From positions 1 through 64,000 of IMG/VR virus record IMGVR_UViG_3300002026_000017: a stretch of DNA of 64,000 nucleotides; one strand, written 5' to 3'. Shown piece after piece: positions 9,476 to 18,220 of this stretch (within the stretch, counting starts at the first letter, position 1; each line of letters opens with the position of its first letter). The translations under genes and the position numbers were made by a program. The DNA is from a virus (taxonomy: Duplodnaviria; Caudoviricetes). The notes under the pieces are model-generated. The model was not told where the DNA came from. It saw only the letters and a program-made list of their open reading frames with translations, and ran no database searches.

Positions 9476-9512
9476 AATTTAAGCTCGATATTATTAATAC
9501 CGAGCTTAAATT
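9476..9512 (-). terminator. Hairpin terminator for the minus-strand small ORF
   Basis: AATTTAAGCTCG-13 nt-CGAGCTTAAATT, 15 bp downstream of stop at 9528. Confidence 0.6.
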
Positions 9513-9527
9513 GTTTTTAAATTGTTT

Positions 9528-9683
9528 TTAATTTGTAAAATAAATTAATCCATAAACATCTAACAATATAAATATTGTTAATAATATCAATAGTGTTATT
9601 ATTAGATAAATAACACCTTCATAATGTTTACCAAATAATTTTGTTAAAAATTTAATGATAGATTTTTTTATATTATTTTGCAT
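9528..9683 (-). CDS. Small membrane protein, 51 aa (not in ORF track)
   Basis: MQNNIKKSIIKFLTKLFGKHYEGVIYLIITLLILLTIFILLDVYGLIYFTN; ATTATCATG leader like neighbours; own GGATA motif and terminator. Confidence 0.7.
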   Translation of the reverse strand: MQNNIKKSIIKFLTKLFGKHYEGVIYLIITLLILLTIFILLDVYGLIYFTN

Positions 9684-9695
9684 GATAATGTTTTT

Positions 9696-9720
9696 TATTT
9701 GTTATATTATATATATCCGA
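9696..9720 (-). promoter_or_regulatory. Putative phage promoter (GGATA motif), minus strand
   Basis: TCGGATATATATAATATAACAAATA reading toward ATG 9683. Confidence 0.6.
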
Positions 9721-10109
9721 TTATTTATATATTTATAAGTGAATTGGAATTTATTTTTTAATTAATTTCTGATACACACCAGTTATTATATGTTATATAT
9801 TGTTTTAAAAATTATTAGATTGATATTTGTTAAGATAACTATTAATAATTCATATAATAACTGGTATGTATTATTATATAATATGTTTGAAAACGAAAAT
9901 TTTATCTATATTATATGCTATATGTATACACACTGGAATATAACTATTTACAAATAATACACACCAGTAAAAATATATCTATTATTTCAATGTATCAATT
10001 TATCTTGATATATACCAATTCAATTGATTATGTTAATAGATTAAACCGGTGTGTATATGATTAACAGGTGTGTATGAATGTTATTATTATACTATTATAT
10101 TTATGATAT

Positions 10110-10284
10110 ACCTATATTATTATGATTAACTGGATATATATAATATAAATGATTGTTTGATTGTTTAATAAGTATCAAGAAAAAAATAATTTTAAAATAA
10201 TTTCAAAAATGCTTATATCTTTTAAATTAATCGGATATAAATAATATAACAAAAAAATTCACAAATTAAAATTTTATTATCATG
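10110..10284 (+). repeat. Promoter/leader block copy 1 (near-identical to 11291..11463)
   Basis: ~175-bp direct repeat with two GGATAT motifs, ending at the ATG. Confidence 0.9.
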
Positions 10285-10914
10285 GTAAAAGATGCAAAAA
10301 AAATCGTTGGTGCTGAATTAGAAAATGCTAATCAAGATGTACCGTTAACAAAAAATGTTAACAAAAATGTTCCACAATTTTCTGACCGTGAATGGTTAGA
10401 AAAAAATGACCCAATTGATTTTTGTGTTGGTGAAAATACAAGTTCAAAATTTGATGCTGGTCGTGAAGTTGCAATTCAAAATGGTTTACCAAAAGTTGTT
10501 GCAATCGAAATGAATGGTAAAACAATTAATCCTTTATTAATCTTGCTTGGTAAATGGTGGGAAGTAAAACCTGCTCGTGCATCAATCAAAAAAATGATTG
10601 ATGCTGAAGCTGAAGCAAAAGGAATCGATAAAGATGTTTATTTGCAAGTTAATCTTGCAACCGAGGTTGATGAAATTTCAGAAATGCAATCTGCTATTGA
10701 CCGTATTAGATATGCTAAAACGTACTTTAAACCACGTAAACCATTAAGCGATAAAGTTATTACAAAACTTGTTAAAATCGAAGGTGTTACTTATGTTGTT
10801 CCAGTACAAGCGTTTGAAACTTTAAAAGCTGAACTTGGTACCGACCGCGAAGCTTTAATCAAAGCAACAATTGAAATTTCAAAAGTACAAAATCTTGAAG
10901 TTGAAAGTTTGTAA
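10282..10914 (+). CDS. Hypothetical protein, likely highly expressed
   Basis: 210 aa; GCT/GTT/CGT/ATC-rich codon use like the capsid gene. Confidence 0.85.
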   Translation: MVKDAKKIVGAELENANQDVPLTKNVNKNVPQFSDREWLEKNDPIDFCVGENTSSKFDAGREVAIQNGLPKVVAIEMNGKTINPLLILLGKWWEVKPARASIKKMIDAEAEAKGIDKDVYLQVNLATEVDEISEMQSAIDRIRYAKTYFKPRKPLSDKVITKLVKIEGVTYVVPVQAFETLKAELGTDREALIKATIEISKVQNLEVESL

Positions 10915-11270
10915 AAATCAAACCTTGATGATTATTTTCATCAAGGTTTTTTCTTTATTATATATCATTACACACCAGTAAATTATTAATATATTTAATA
11001 TTGATAGTGGTTTGTCTTGTTATTAACTTAATGGTTATATATAACCATTATTTACTGGTGTGTAATGATAATATATAAGATATATGGTTATTTCGTAATT
11101 TTGTCTATATTATTTGATAAAAACTATACACACATGTAAATAATGATTGATTAACTATACACACCTGTAAATATTGTCTATAATCTTGATATATGAAATT
11201 AACAGGTGGTTTGTCTTGTTGGATTGATTATATAAATAGATTAAACCGGTGTGTATCATTAAATATAAGA
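10912..11270 (+). repeat. Terminator plus two inverted-repeat elements, copy 1 (repeated at 11992..12348)
   Basis: Direct repeat begins at the TAA; offset ~1080 bp; ~50-bp variable segment between the two elements. Confidence 0.9.
10920..10949 (+). terminator. Intrinsic terminator
   Basis: AAACCTTGATGA-TTATTT-TCATCAAGGTTT followed by T-rich tract. Confidence 0.85.
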
Positions 11271-11290
11271 TTAAAAATATTTTTGGAATT

Positions 11291-11463
11291 ACCTATATTA
11301 TTATGATTAACTGGATATATATAATATAAATGATTGTTTGATTGTTTAATAAGTATCAAGAAAAAATAATTTTAAAATAATTTCAAAAATGCTTATAACT
11401 TTTAAATTAATTGGATATAAATAATATAACAAAAAATTCACAAATTAAAATTTTATTATCATG
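11291..11463 (+). repeat. Promoter/leader block copy 2
   Basis: Near-identical to 10110..10284, ending at the ATG. Confidence 0.9.
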
Positions 11464-11994
11464 ACAAATCAAGATTCAAACGTTGCAGAAGTTATCGGAA
11501 ATGTAGAAGTTGTTAAATTTGTTAAAGTTGCGAAAGTTGCAAAAACAAGAAAATCAAAACAAGAAGTTTTGGTTGTCGAAGAGGTTATTGAAACAATTGA
11601 AACTACAAAAGTTAAGGTTGATAAAAATAAAGAATTATTTGCAACACTATCAAAATTAACAAATCTTTCAGTTGCTCAATTAAAAACTTTTGCTATATTA
11701 AATTTAGCAAAAAGAAAAGTCAAAATTAATTTGACAAAATTTTTAACTCAAATGATTTTGAATGTTGCTAGTTCAAAATTAGAAATTAAAGAAGTTGAAA
11801 GTAAAATCCTAGAAGATTTTCTAACAAAAATTTCTGAAAATTCAAATCTAGAAGTTGAACAAATCAAAGATTTTCTAATTGTTGATTTAGCAAAATCCAA
11901 TAAAAAAGTTTTATTAAAAGATTTCATGTTGGAAATGTTTTTCAATGTTGTTACAAATAAAAATAACATCAAAGAAACAATCGCAAAATTCTAA
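11461..11994 (+). CDS. Hypothetical protein with internal ~38-aa duplication
   Basis: TNLSVAQLKTFAILNLAKRKVKINLTKFLTQMILNV versus SNLEVEQIKDFLIVDLAKSNKKVLLKDFMLEMFFNV. Confidence 0.8.
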   Translation: MTNQDSNVAEVIGNVEVVKFVKVAKVAKTRKSKQEVLVVEEVIETIETTKVKVDKNKELFATLSKLTNLSVAQLKTFAILNLAKRKVKINLTKFLTQMILNVASSKLEIKEVESKILEDFLTKISENSNLEVEQIKDFLIVDLAKSNKKVLLKDFMLEMFFNVVTNKNNIKETIAKF

Positions 11995-12348
11995 AAATCA
12001 AACCTTGATGAAATTAATCATCAAGGTTTTTTCTTTATTATATATCATTACACACCAGTAAATTATTAATATACTTAATATTGATAGTGGTTTGTCTTGT
12101 TATTAATTTAATGGTTGTATATAACCATTATTTACAGGTGTGTATTGATAACTATTGAATATATGATTATATCTAAATAATCCATATAAATATGTCCAAA
12201 ACAATACACACCTGTAAATAATGATTGATTAACTATACACACCTGTAAATATTGTCTATAATCTTGATATATGAAATTAACAAGTGGTTTGTCTTGTTGG
12301 ATTGATTATATAAATAGATTAAACTGGTGTGTATCATTAAATCTAAGA
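11992..12348 (+). repeat. Terminator plus two inverted-repeat elements, copy 2
   Basis: Near-identical to 10912..11270. Confidence 0.9.
12000..12029 (+). terminator. Intrinsic terminator
   Basis: Same stem as 10920..10949, different loop (AATTAA). Confidence 0.85.
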
Positions 12349-12494
12349 AAAAGATATGTTTTTATATTGCCTATAATTATATGATTAATCGGATATAAAT
12401 AATATATACAAATAAATAATTTTATTTTTGTTCATAATATAATAAATAACAAACAATAAACAAATAAAAAAAATTAACGTTAAATAATTGAATT

Positions 12495-12758
12495 ATGATG
12501 TATGCAATAGAAAAAATACTTTCAGATACATTTATGGAATCAACAACATATATATATTTATATGAAAGTAAGGAATTAAGAGATGATGTATTCAATGAAC
12601 TTTTAGATAATACTAAAAATTTAGAATATACTGAAAATTTAACTTTTTCAGATGATAATATAAAATATTATCATGGTGGTGATAGAGTTGTAGAAATTTC
12701 AAAATGTGAATTAAAAATTTCCAAAAAAGATGATATTGATAAAGAAGTTTTTAAGTAA
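12495..12758 (+). CDS. Hypothetical protein
   Basis: 87 aa; GGATATAAAT motif at 12391; hairpin 12763-12791 after it. Confidence 0.7.
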   Translation: MMYAIEKILSDTFMESTTYIYLYESKELRDDVFNELLDNTKNLEYTENLTFSDDNIKYYHGGDRVVEISKCELKISKKDDIDKEVFK

Positions 12759-12762
12759 AAAT

Positions 12763-12791
12763 ATAATAACTTGAATAATTCAGGTTATTAT
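12763..12791 (+). terminator. Hairpin terminator
   Basis: ATAATAACTTGAA / TTCAGGTTATTAT stem with one G-U pair. Confidence 0.55.
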
Positions 12792-12995
12792 TACAATCAT
12801 TAACAATACACACCAGTAAATTAACCTCATATTTCAATATATAAATTTATCAGGTCAATCATCAAGATATTAAATATTTGGAAATATAAATTCATGTGTG
12901 TATTAATAATATATATTGGAATAATTGAAATTTCAACTTATAAATAATATAATTTTCGGATATAATTATTATAATCAATAAAAAACATTAAAAAC

Positions 12996-13256
12996 ATGAA
13001 TATATTTGAAAAAATTGGTATTAAAATTGGTATTAAAATGGGATTAATATCAAACAAAAAAATTCCAGATTATCTTAAAAATGAATTATTAATAATGGAT
13101 TTGTTATATTATCAGGAATTTACGAAACTTTCAACAAATGAAAGTATTTTATTATTTGAAAAAATAAAAGATAATTTCATTAATGAAATTAAAAATCGTG
13201 AATTATCTGCTAATGAAGAAATTGATATTATAAATAAATTTCATCAAAATAATTAG
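12996..13256 (+). CDS. Hypothetical protein
   Basis: 86 aa; GGATATAAT motif at 12958. Confidence 0.7.
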   Translation: MNIFEKIGIKIGIKMGLISNKKIPDYLKNELLIMDLLYYQEFTKLSTNESILLFEKIKDNFINEIKNRELSANEEIDIINKFHQNN

Positions 13257-13261
13257 TGTGA

Positions 13262-13300
13262 AATAAAAAAGCCGTTCAAAAATTGAACGGCTTTTTTATT
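13262..13300. terminator. Bidirectional intrinsic terminator at the strand switch
   Basis: AATAAAAAAGCCGTTCAA-AAA-TTGAACGGCTTTTTTATT between convergent genes. Confidence 0.9.
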
Positions 13301-13323
13301 CCTTTACTTTTTAAAAATTTTCA

Positions 13324-14778
13324 TTAATTTTCTGAAATTAAATCTTCAGCATTTTTAGAATTATATTCACCACCTATTAAACGACCATTAATATTATATG
13401 ATAAATCATTTTCAGTATCATGGAAAATCATATCATTTTTATTTGTTGATGATTCGCCATCAACAGGGTCTAATATTCCTGAAATTATACCATCTCTTCT
13501 AACATAAGTACAACCATAATTTAATTTAATTGGATATACTTCGTTAATTCCATGATTATCATTTCTATAATTCATACAATAATCATAAACATCTTCATAA
13601 CCAGCTTCAACAAATACTGAATTTCCATCAGCATCAAGTTCAAACATATCATCTAAATACTTTGAATATTTTTCTTGTTGTTGTTGATTAAAAATTTCAT
13701 CACCATGTTCATCTGTATAATTAGATAAATTATCATCTGGATGAAAAGCACCAACCAAATTACAATCATCATAAAGATAATCTAAAAATAATTTAACTTC
13801 TTCAAGACTTTCAAGACTTTCAGGAATTTCGCCATTTATACGGAACATTTTATTTTCAGTAAAGAAAAATAATCTATTTGAATTTTTACCATATAATCCA
13901 ATAAAAGCTTCAAGTTGTTCTGGAGTATTTATTGTTATTAAATCATCATTATTATCATGATATGAAACATCTTTACTTTCATAAACTCTACTTTCAGCTT
14001 CTGAATCAGTTAAATCGATAAATTCTGTTACCATTGTTTCTGGATTGAAAATTGAATTATCATTTGAATCATTATCTTCTAAATGAGCATCAATTCTATC
14101 TTCAACATAATCTAAATCTTCAATTTCTTTTGAAGTTAAATTATCAATATTAATTAAATAAGTTTCAAAGAATTTATAATCAACACCTTTAACATAAAGT
14201 AAAGCACGTAATTGTTTTAACCATTCAATATTACCTCCTAATGATTGACACCATTGTAAAGCTAAATTTGAATTTTCATTTTTTAAATAGGTAATTTCCC
14301 AAGCAATTAATTCAGGAGATTTAGGTAATTTTGATGATGTATAAGTATTTTGTTCATCTGATAATTTATCATTATATGATTGAATATCTGAATCAACATT
14401 TATACCATCAACAAACATTATTTCTTTTTCTTCACTTACGGAAGTTTCTTCAACTTTAACTGTTCCTGAAATTTGATGTTTTCCATTTCTATCAAATGTA
14501 ACAATTAAAATTGGAAATTCTGAATTTCCAAATTCATAAATATTACTAAATCCTTCAGAATATTTTCTTAATTCCATCAATGTTAATCCAAATACACTAG
14601 GTTTAAGATTTTTGTTTTCACAAAATAATCCATAAAGTAATTGCCAACAAGCAAGATAATTTTCTTCTGGTTTTTCATAAAAATAATAAAATACTTCTGT
14701 TTGGTCCCAACCTGTGGAACCTTTCATATTTTCAATTTGTTTGAAAATATTATATATTTTCATTAATTTATTTTTCAT
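13324..14778 (-). CDS. Acidic hypothetical protein
   Basis: 484-aa ORF, D/E-rich. Confidence 0.75.
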   Translation of the reverse strand: MKNKLMKIYNIFKQIENMKGSTGWDQTEVFYYFYEKPEENYLACWQLLYGLFCENKNLKPSVFGLTLMELRKYSEGFSNIYEFGNSEFPILIVTFDRNGKHQISGTVKVEETSVSEEKEIMFVDGINVDSDIQSYNDKLSDEQNTYTSSKLPKSPELIAWEITYLKNENSNLALQWCQSLGGNIEWLKQLRALLYVKGVDYKFFETYLINIDNLTSKEIEDLDYVEDRIDAHLEDNDSNDNSIFNPETMVTEFIDLTDSEAESRVYESKDVSYHDNNDDLITINTPEQLEAFIGLYGKNSNRLFFFTENKMFRINGEIPESLESLEEVKLFLDYLYDDCNLVGAFHPDDNLSNYTDEHGDEIFNQQQQEKYSKYLDDMFELDADGNSVFVEAGYEDVYDYCMNYRNDNHGINEVYPIKLNYGCTYVRRDGIISGILDPVDGESSTNKNDMIFHDTENDLSYNINGRLIGGEYNSKNAEDLISEN

Positions 14779-14920
14779 ATTTAATTTGATTTTCGGTTTC
14801 TATTATTTTTGTTTGTATGTAACGTTTTTCTTCATTTAATTTTTCATCATTACAACCATGATTTAACATAAAATCAATTTTTTTATTTATTTCAATTAAT
14901 TCCAATTCTAATTCATTCAT
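14768..14920 (-). CDS. Small coiled-coil hypothetical protein
   Basis: Start refined to ATG 14920 (MNELELE), directly after upstream stop. Confidence 0.5.
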   Translation of the reverse strand: MNELELELIEINKKIDFMLNHGCNDEKLNEEKRYIQTKIIETENQIKYEK

Positions 14921-14921
14921 A

Positions 14922-15419
14922 TTAAATCCAATATAATTTATAATTACTTCCAATCATATCATTAAAAAATATTTCAATTTTATTATTACTAGTAACAATT
15001 ACAGGATAAACAACCATTCCATTATTATCTTTAACTTGACAAATAATATTATCAACATTCCAATTAATTATATTATCTCCTGTAATAATTATTTTAAAAT
15101 CATCAACTCTTTCAATTCGATAAATTTTTGAACCTATTTGTTGTGTTATTGAAGTACCTATATTTAATGTTACATTAATATCTAAAACATTTTTTGATTG
15201 TTCTAAAGATTGTAAAACAGATGAAACTATCGATTGAATATCGATAGTTTCATAAATATTTTTTATAAATGATAATGTTTTTGATAAATATAAATTTAAT
15301 GCTTTAAAATTATTAGTACCAATCGAAAAATTACTTTTAATTGAATTATTTGAATTAAATTCATTCAATTCCAAATTTGATAAAGTTAAAAAATTTGTTA
15401 TTTCTTGTGGTGTTTTCAT
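14922..15419 (-). CDS. Hypothetical (possibly structural) protein
   Basis: 165 aa; beta-rich C-terminus. Confidence 0.6.
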   Translation of the reverse strand: MKTPQEITNFLTLSNLELNEFNSNNSIKSNFSIGTNNFKALNLYLSKTLSFIKNIYETIDIQSIVSSVLQSLEQSKNVLDINVTLNIGTSITQQIGSKIYRIERVDDFKIIITGDNIINWNVDNIICQVKDNNGMVVYPVIVTSNNKIEIFFNDMIGSNYKLYWI

Positions 15420-15431
15420 GATGTTAAAAAA

Positions 15432-15791
15432 TTATTTGGATATATATTTATCATAATGACTAAATAATTTTTTAACATCATTTTCAGTTAATTCATTATC
15501 CGTATTTTTTAGGAAATCTTCAACACTTGTAACAAAATCTTCAAAATTTGTTGTGTTCTTAGCATGCCACATTAGACCAAATTTTGTATCTAATTCAGAT
15601 GCTATTGTACCCATATAACTACCACAATCAAAAATAAATTGATTTGTTTTTGAAGATAAAACATCTTCAATTTTATCTTCATCTTTGATTTGTATGTTTT
15701 GTTTGTTTTGTTGATTTGAATCTAATTGTTCAGATTCGTTTAAAGAAGGAAATTTTAAAATTTCCTTCTTTTCATTAGTTTTTATATTCAT
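15432..15791 (-). CDS. Hypothetical protein, candidate head protein
   Basis: 119 aa; SLNES motif near N-terminus. Confidence 0.6.
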   Translation of the reverse strand: MNIKTNEKKEILKFPSLNESEQLDSNQQNKQNIQIKDEDKIEDVLSSKTNQFIFDCGSYMGTIASELDTKFGLMWHAKNTTNFEDFVTSVEDFLKNTDNELTENDVKKLFSHYDKYISK

Positions 15792-15833
15792 TTTAATATT
15801 GTTTTTAAAATTTTTAATAATTTGTTAGGTTTT

Positions 15834-18053
15834 TTAAAATTCACCAAATATTGAAGCTATTTCATCATCTAACGGGTTTGTGTCTGAAATTTGAAAAGCA
15901 TCAGATAATTTATTTCCATTAAGCAATTGTCTATTCATTACATTTTGATTGTCAGAATAAATATCTTTTAATGTATCTCTATCAAATTTAACACCTAATT
16001 CTTCACGAGAATTAGATAATGTTTTTAATAAATCTGGGTTATTTAATCTCCAATTACCAGCTTTGTTTGATATTTTTGTTTTATTACCATATTCATCTAA
16101 ATTAATAGTTTGTGTTTCAGTATTTTCTGAATCATTTTTCTTGATATTTATGAAATATTCGAAGCCAGCTTTTAATTCAGGTTTAATATCGAGAATATTT
16201 TTTAATTTTTTAAGTATCACATCTATTTTAGATGAAACAGCTGATTGTGAATAAACACCTCTTTCATTTTTAATTTCAATACCATCTGATTTAACCATTT
16301 CGGACCAAATTTCTGCTATTTCATTTTGTGTGTAAAATTTATCTGTATTTTCAACAAGTTCACCATCTTTATTTTTATAAAAAGATTTTTCGATTCTTGT
16401 TTCAAGACCATAATTTAAAACAAATATTTTTCTTTCGTATTTATCAAATATCCTTTTATTTGTAATTTTCTCTATACCAGTTTTTTTATCAATATCTGTT
16501 TGAAATAAATTTAATATATCTGAAATAGATTTTAACATTTTTTCATAAGCAATTTTACCTTCTAATAACTCATCAGCATTAATATCTTTTGATGATGATG
16601 AATTTTCAAAAATATCATCTGTTCCTTCTTCTTCTCCTCCAACCATACCACTAAATTCAGTAGCATGCATTGTTTTATTGATTTTTTTAATTCCAGATTT
16701 TGAATTATCATCATCAAATGATTCTTTGCCTAAAATTAATTCCAAAACTATTGATGGGTCTATATTTTCATATTGTGGATTATCTTTAATAAAGTTGTTA
16801 ATTTTCTTTTTATTAAAATGATTTATTGTAGCTATTGAGGAACCAGAAACTTCTCCTTGATAACCAATATTTAATAATTCTCTATCAATTGAACCAGATA
16901 TATAAATACTTGAAAATCCTTTAAAAGATTGAGCATGTTCACCTTTTAATTTTATTTGTGATGTTGTCCATTTATTAATAGCAACTGATAAACCTTCAAG
17001 CCCTGCTGAAACAGCATCATCTAATTTATTTAGTGCATTATATCTTGTACATGCTTTACGAGCTAAAATTTTAACATAATTAACATTTGATAATGCTAAT
17101 AATTCTTTAGAAATTTTTAAATCTTCAGGTTTTTCTAAATCAAAACCACTATCAAAAAGTATATCTGTTAATTTAACATTGCCAGATAATTCATCTTTTT
17201 TATATGATATTTCGGCTTTTATTGTATCAAGTTTATTTTTAATTTCCCAAGTTAATGGTAATGTGTTTTTTAAAGCTTTTGATATTTGGTTTAAATTAGC
17301 ATCTAAAACTTCTTGAACAGTCCAATCAATTATATCTGCTATTCTACCACATAAATTATGATATTCTTGTTCAACTTCAGTAATTTTTGTTATTTCCTTG
17401 TTTTCTCCACTATTAAATTCATCAAATTCAATAACATCATCAGTTGTTGAATTAAATTTATTATTTAATTGTATTCTTTCTCGATATTCTTTAACAATTT
17501 TAATCCACCAAGAAGGGGTTGCTTCATTTAATTCTATTTGGTATTTTTTTCTAAGCTCCGTAAGATTTTTAATTTCAGCAGAATTTTTAATCTTATCTAA
17601 ATTATCTAGTCTTTCTGTATTTGTATTTCCAGATTCACCATGTCTAACAATTTTTTTAAGTTCTAATAAATTACTATTAAGATTAAAAACAATCTGTTTT
17701 GATTTTTCGTAATTTTCTTTACTACCATTTTTCTTATAATTATCCATTTCATTTTCTAAAATTGAAATTTGATTTGTAATAATTTGATATTGTGGTAATT
17801 TTTTAATGTAAAATTTTAATCCTTCGGTTACATCATATCTAAGTTTATCAACATGAGATTCTCCAACTATATCTCTTTTCATTGCAACATCAAGCATTTT
17901 ATCTCTATCAATTTTTGCTTGGATTTCATCATCAGATAATACATCTCTCTTTTTTCTATTAAATGGAGTTTTTACTGCTGAAACTCCATTAATTTGATTT
18001 AACTCTTCTGATGTTGAGTTAATTAACTCATCAAATGTGATACTGTCTTTCAT
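15834..18053 (-). CDS. Large divergent sigma70-family-like protein
   Basis: Region-2-like DDAVSAGLEGLSVAINKW...SFKGFSSIYISGSIDRELL; region-4-like KYERKIFVLNYGL...TQNEIAE...SQSAVSSKIDVILKKLK. Confidence 0.65.
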   Translation of the reverse strand: MKDSITFDELINSTSEELNQINGVSAVKTPFNRKKRDVLSDDEIQAKIDRDKMLDVAMKRDIVGESHVDKLRYDVTEGLKFYIKKLPQYQIITNQISILENEMDNYKKNGSKENYEKSKQIVFNLNSNLLELKKIVRHGESGNTNTERLDNLDKIKNSAEIKNLTELRKKYQIELNEATPSWWIKIVKEYRERIQLNNKFNSTTDDVIEFDEFNSGENKEITKITEVEQEYHNLCGRIADIIDWTVQEVLDANLNQISKALKNTLPLTWEIKNKLDTIKAEISYKKDELSGNVKLTDILFDSGFDLEKPEDLKISKELLALSNVNYVKILARKACTRYNALNKLDDAVSAGLEGLSVAINKWTTSQIKLKGEHAQSFKGFSSIYISGSIDRELLNIGYQGEVSGSSIATINHFNKKKINNFIKDNPQYENIDPSIVLELILGKESFDDDNSKSGIKKINKTMHATEFSGMVGGEEEGTDDIFENSSSSKDINADELLEGKIAYEKMLKSISDILNLFQTDIDKKTGIEKITNKRIFDKYERKIFVLNYGLETRIEKSFYKNKDGELVENTDKFYTQNEIAEIWSEMVKSDGIEIKNERGVYSQSAVSSKIDVILKKLKNILDIKPELKAGFEYFINIKKNDSENTETQTINLDEYGNKTKISNKAGNWRLNNPDLLKTLSNSREELGVKFDRDTLKDIYSDNQNVMNRQLLNGNKLSDAFQISDTNPLDDEIASIFGEF

Positions 18054-18220
18054 TTTTAATTTGATTTAATTTGTTATATTTAAAAATTATTAATAAAACA
18101 AATATAGGTATATTATATGTATTATTGCTAACATTTTTAAATAAATTTTAAAAGTTACTAACAATTTAACTAACTATATTTTTATATCAATATTGAAATA
18201 AATTCCTTATTCATAAATGG

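Larger units (their letters stand above)
9346..12904. repeat. Family of eight ~96-114 bp elements bounded by inverted TACACACC(A/T)G / C(A/T)GGTGTGTA motifs
   Basis: Core-to-core spans 9348-9461, 9773-9870, 9958-10055, 10969-11064, 11158-11255, 12049-12144, 12236-12333, 12807-12902; extra cores at 9927, 10067, 11127, 12205. Confidence 0.9.

Noticed and set aside
9346-12904. CRISPR array interpretation of the TACACACC repeats
   Set aside because: Copies alternate in orientation, are short, are interrupted by genes and lack a regular repeat-spacer period; no cas gene in the window.
9346-12904. Autonomous IS element or integron integrase
   Set aside because: No transposase or integrase ORF recognised in the window; arms often extend beyond the TA, so a strict MITE call is not supported.
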